The translations under genes were made by a program, and so were the position numbers. A stretch of 32,000 nt of DNA from Candidatus Electrothrix sp. GW3-4 (GTDB taxonomy: Bacteria > Desulfobacterota > Desulfobulbia > Desulfobulbales > Desulfobulbaceae): contig NZ_CP147990.1 of assembly GCF_037902255.1 (NCBI RefSeq), positions 30,001-62,000 of the forward strand, in the 5' to 3' direction. Under the pieces are notes generated by a model that was not told the DNA's origin, did not search any database, and saw only the letters and a program-made list of their open reading frames with translations. The stretch's first letter is position 1. Each line of letters starts with the position of its first letter. Positions 31,129 through 32,000 of this stretch are shown one piece after another.

Positions 31129-32000
31129 ATGAAACTAAAAGAAGTGCATATAAAGGGATACAAATCTATTGACGGGCGGGTCGGTCAACGCATCCCCTTC
31201 GGCGACCTGACAGTCTTGCTCGGAGCCAACGGTTCTGGCAAAAGCAATCTGGTTTCATTCTTCAAGATGCTCAACTTCATGACAAGCGGAGCCTTGCAGC
31301 AATACGTGGGTAAATACGGGGTAAGCCATCTGCTTTTTTACGGCCCAAAACACACCGAATCCATCTCCTTTGAGCTTGCCCTTGCATCTGAATCCTCCCA
31401 TGATACCTATGAGGTGAGACTCGCGCACGGCTTGCCGGATCGCTTATTCATCAGCGGCGAAAAGATTACCTATCAGAAGATCAGCCCTCCTTCTCCACGA
31501 CCACAGGAGTATTTTCTTGACGCAGGTGGAAGTGAATCAGGGTTGGCAAGCGACCAAAGGAAAACCAGTGCAGTCTTGTGTCGCCTTTTGTCGGGGGTAC
31601 GGAGTTATCAGTTTCATGACACCTCAGACACAGCCAAGATGAAAGATCGCGGCTATATTGATGATGCCAAATATCTCCGCAGCGATGCAGGAAATTTGGC
31701 GGCTTTCCTGAATATGCTTAAACAAACGAAAGCGTATCAAAGGTATTATGATCGAATAGTTCGGCATGTGCAGCGCGTTATGCCGCAATTTCATGACTTC
31801 GACTTGGAACCGATTCCCGGCAATAAAGATTATGTTCGGCTGAACTGGCAAGATGCATCAGACAGTGATTATTTATTCGGTCCCGATCAGATATCAGACG
31901 GTTCCCTCCGTTTTATGGCCCTGGCAACTCTGCTGCTTCAGCCTCCTGAACTCCTGCCGACCTTTATCGTTCTGGATGAACCCGAGCTGGGGCTTCATCC
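31129..32000 (+). CDS. AAA/ABC-type ATPase (COG4637-like, AAA_21-type), 3' end outside window
   Basis: This ORF is absent from the supplied ORF track; I translated it by hand. The start is MKLKEVHIKGYKSIDG. Walker A is GANGSGKSN. The ABC-signature-like segment is ISDGSLRFMALATLLL. Walker B is FIVLDEPELGLH, at the window edge. GGAGAG RBS. Confidence 0.85.
   Translation, partial: MKLKEVHIKGYKSIDGRVGQRIPFGDLTVLLGANGSGKSNLVSFFKMLNFMTSGALQQYVGKYGVSHLLFYGPKHTESISFELALASESSHDTYEVRLAHGLPDRLFISGEKITYQKISPPSPRPQEYFLDAGGSESGLASDQRKTSAVLCRLLSGVRSYQFHDTSDTAKMKDRGYIDDAKYLRSDAGNLAAFLNMLKQTKAYQRYYDRIVRHVQRVMPQFHDFDLEPIPGNKDYVRLNWQDASDSDYLFGPDQISDGSLRFMALATLLLQPPELLPTFIVLDEPELGLH

Overview
This is a bacterial chromosomal window in which a GC-richer conserved backbone is interrupted by visibly AT-richer accessory blocks. 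All homology statements come from reading the translations by eye, not from database searches.

Backbone genes:
- a TGase-elicitor-like protein
- a DUF374 acyltransferase-like protein
- a PanE-family reductase
- a class I cytochrome c
- ppx/gppA, whose stop overlaps the start of a cbiA-family amidase
- a 928-aa beta-helix/PKD secreted protein
- two small membrane proteins
- a YfbK-like vWA lipoprotein
- a 1280-aa hybrid sensor kinase (Cache-like sensor, PAS x3, HisKA/HATPase, REC, Hpt)
- ilvD

Accessory content:
- (i) 2983-3938: a CI-type HTH regulator with a divergent small gene.
- (ii) 5040-9441: a truncated Phd/YefM antitoxin remnant abutting the panE stop. It is followed by a 1400-aa protein with a Cap4/DUF4297-like nuclease, a STAND P-loop NTPase and a long C-terminus, an Avs-like single-gene immunity candidate.
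- (iii) From about 26.1 kb to the window end, on the + strand, an RHH antitoxin and MazF toxin pair. On the opposite strand follow a CcbP-like hyperacidic protein, a 6.5 x 42-bp hairpin-containing tandem repeat array and an 837-aa LRR-Roc-COR (ROCO) GTPase. A 131-aa protein overlaps the ROCO stop by 8 nt; I read it as a histone-fold domain anchored by two C-terminal TM helices. A partial COG4637-like AAA/ABC ATPase then runs off the window.

The TA module and the ATPase gene carry near-identical promoter/operator elements. A separate, strictly phased 12.7 x 21-bp palindromic repeat array lies between cbiA and the beta-helix gene.

My top candidates for an undescribed system are the ROCO GTPase plus membrane histone-fold pair (with its upstream repeat array) and the nuclease-STAND protein. 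I recognised no rRNA, tRNA, CRISPR array, transposase or integrase.
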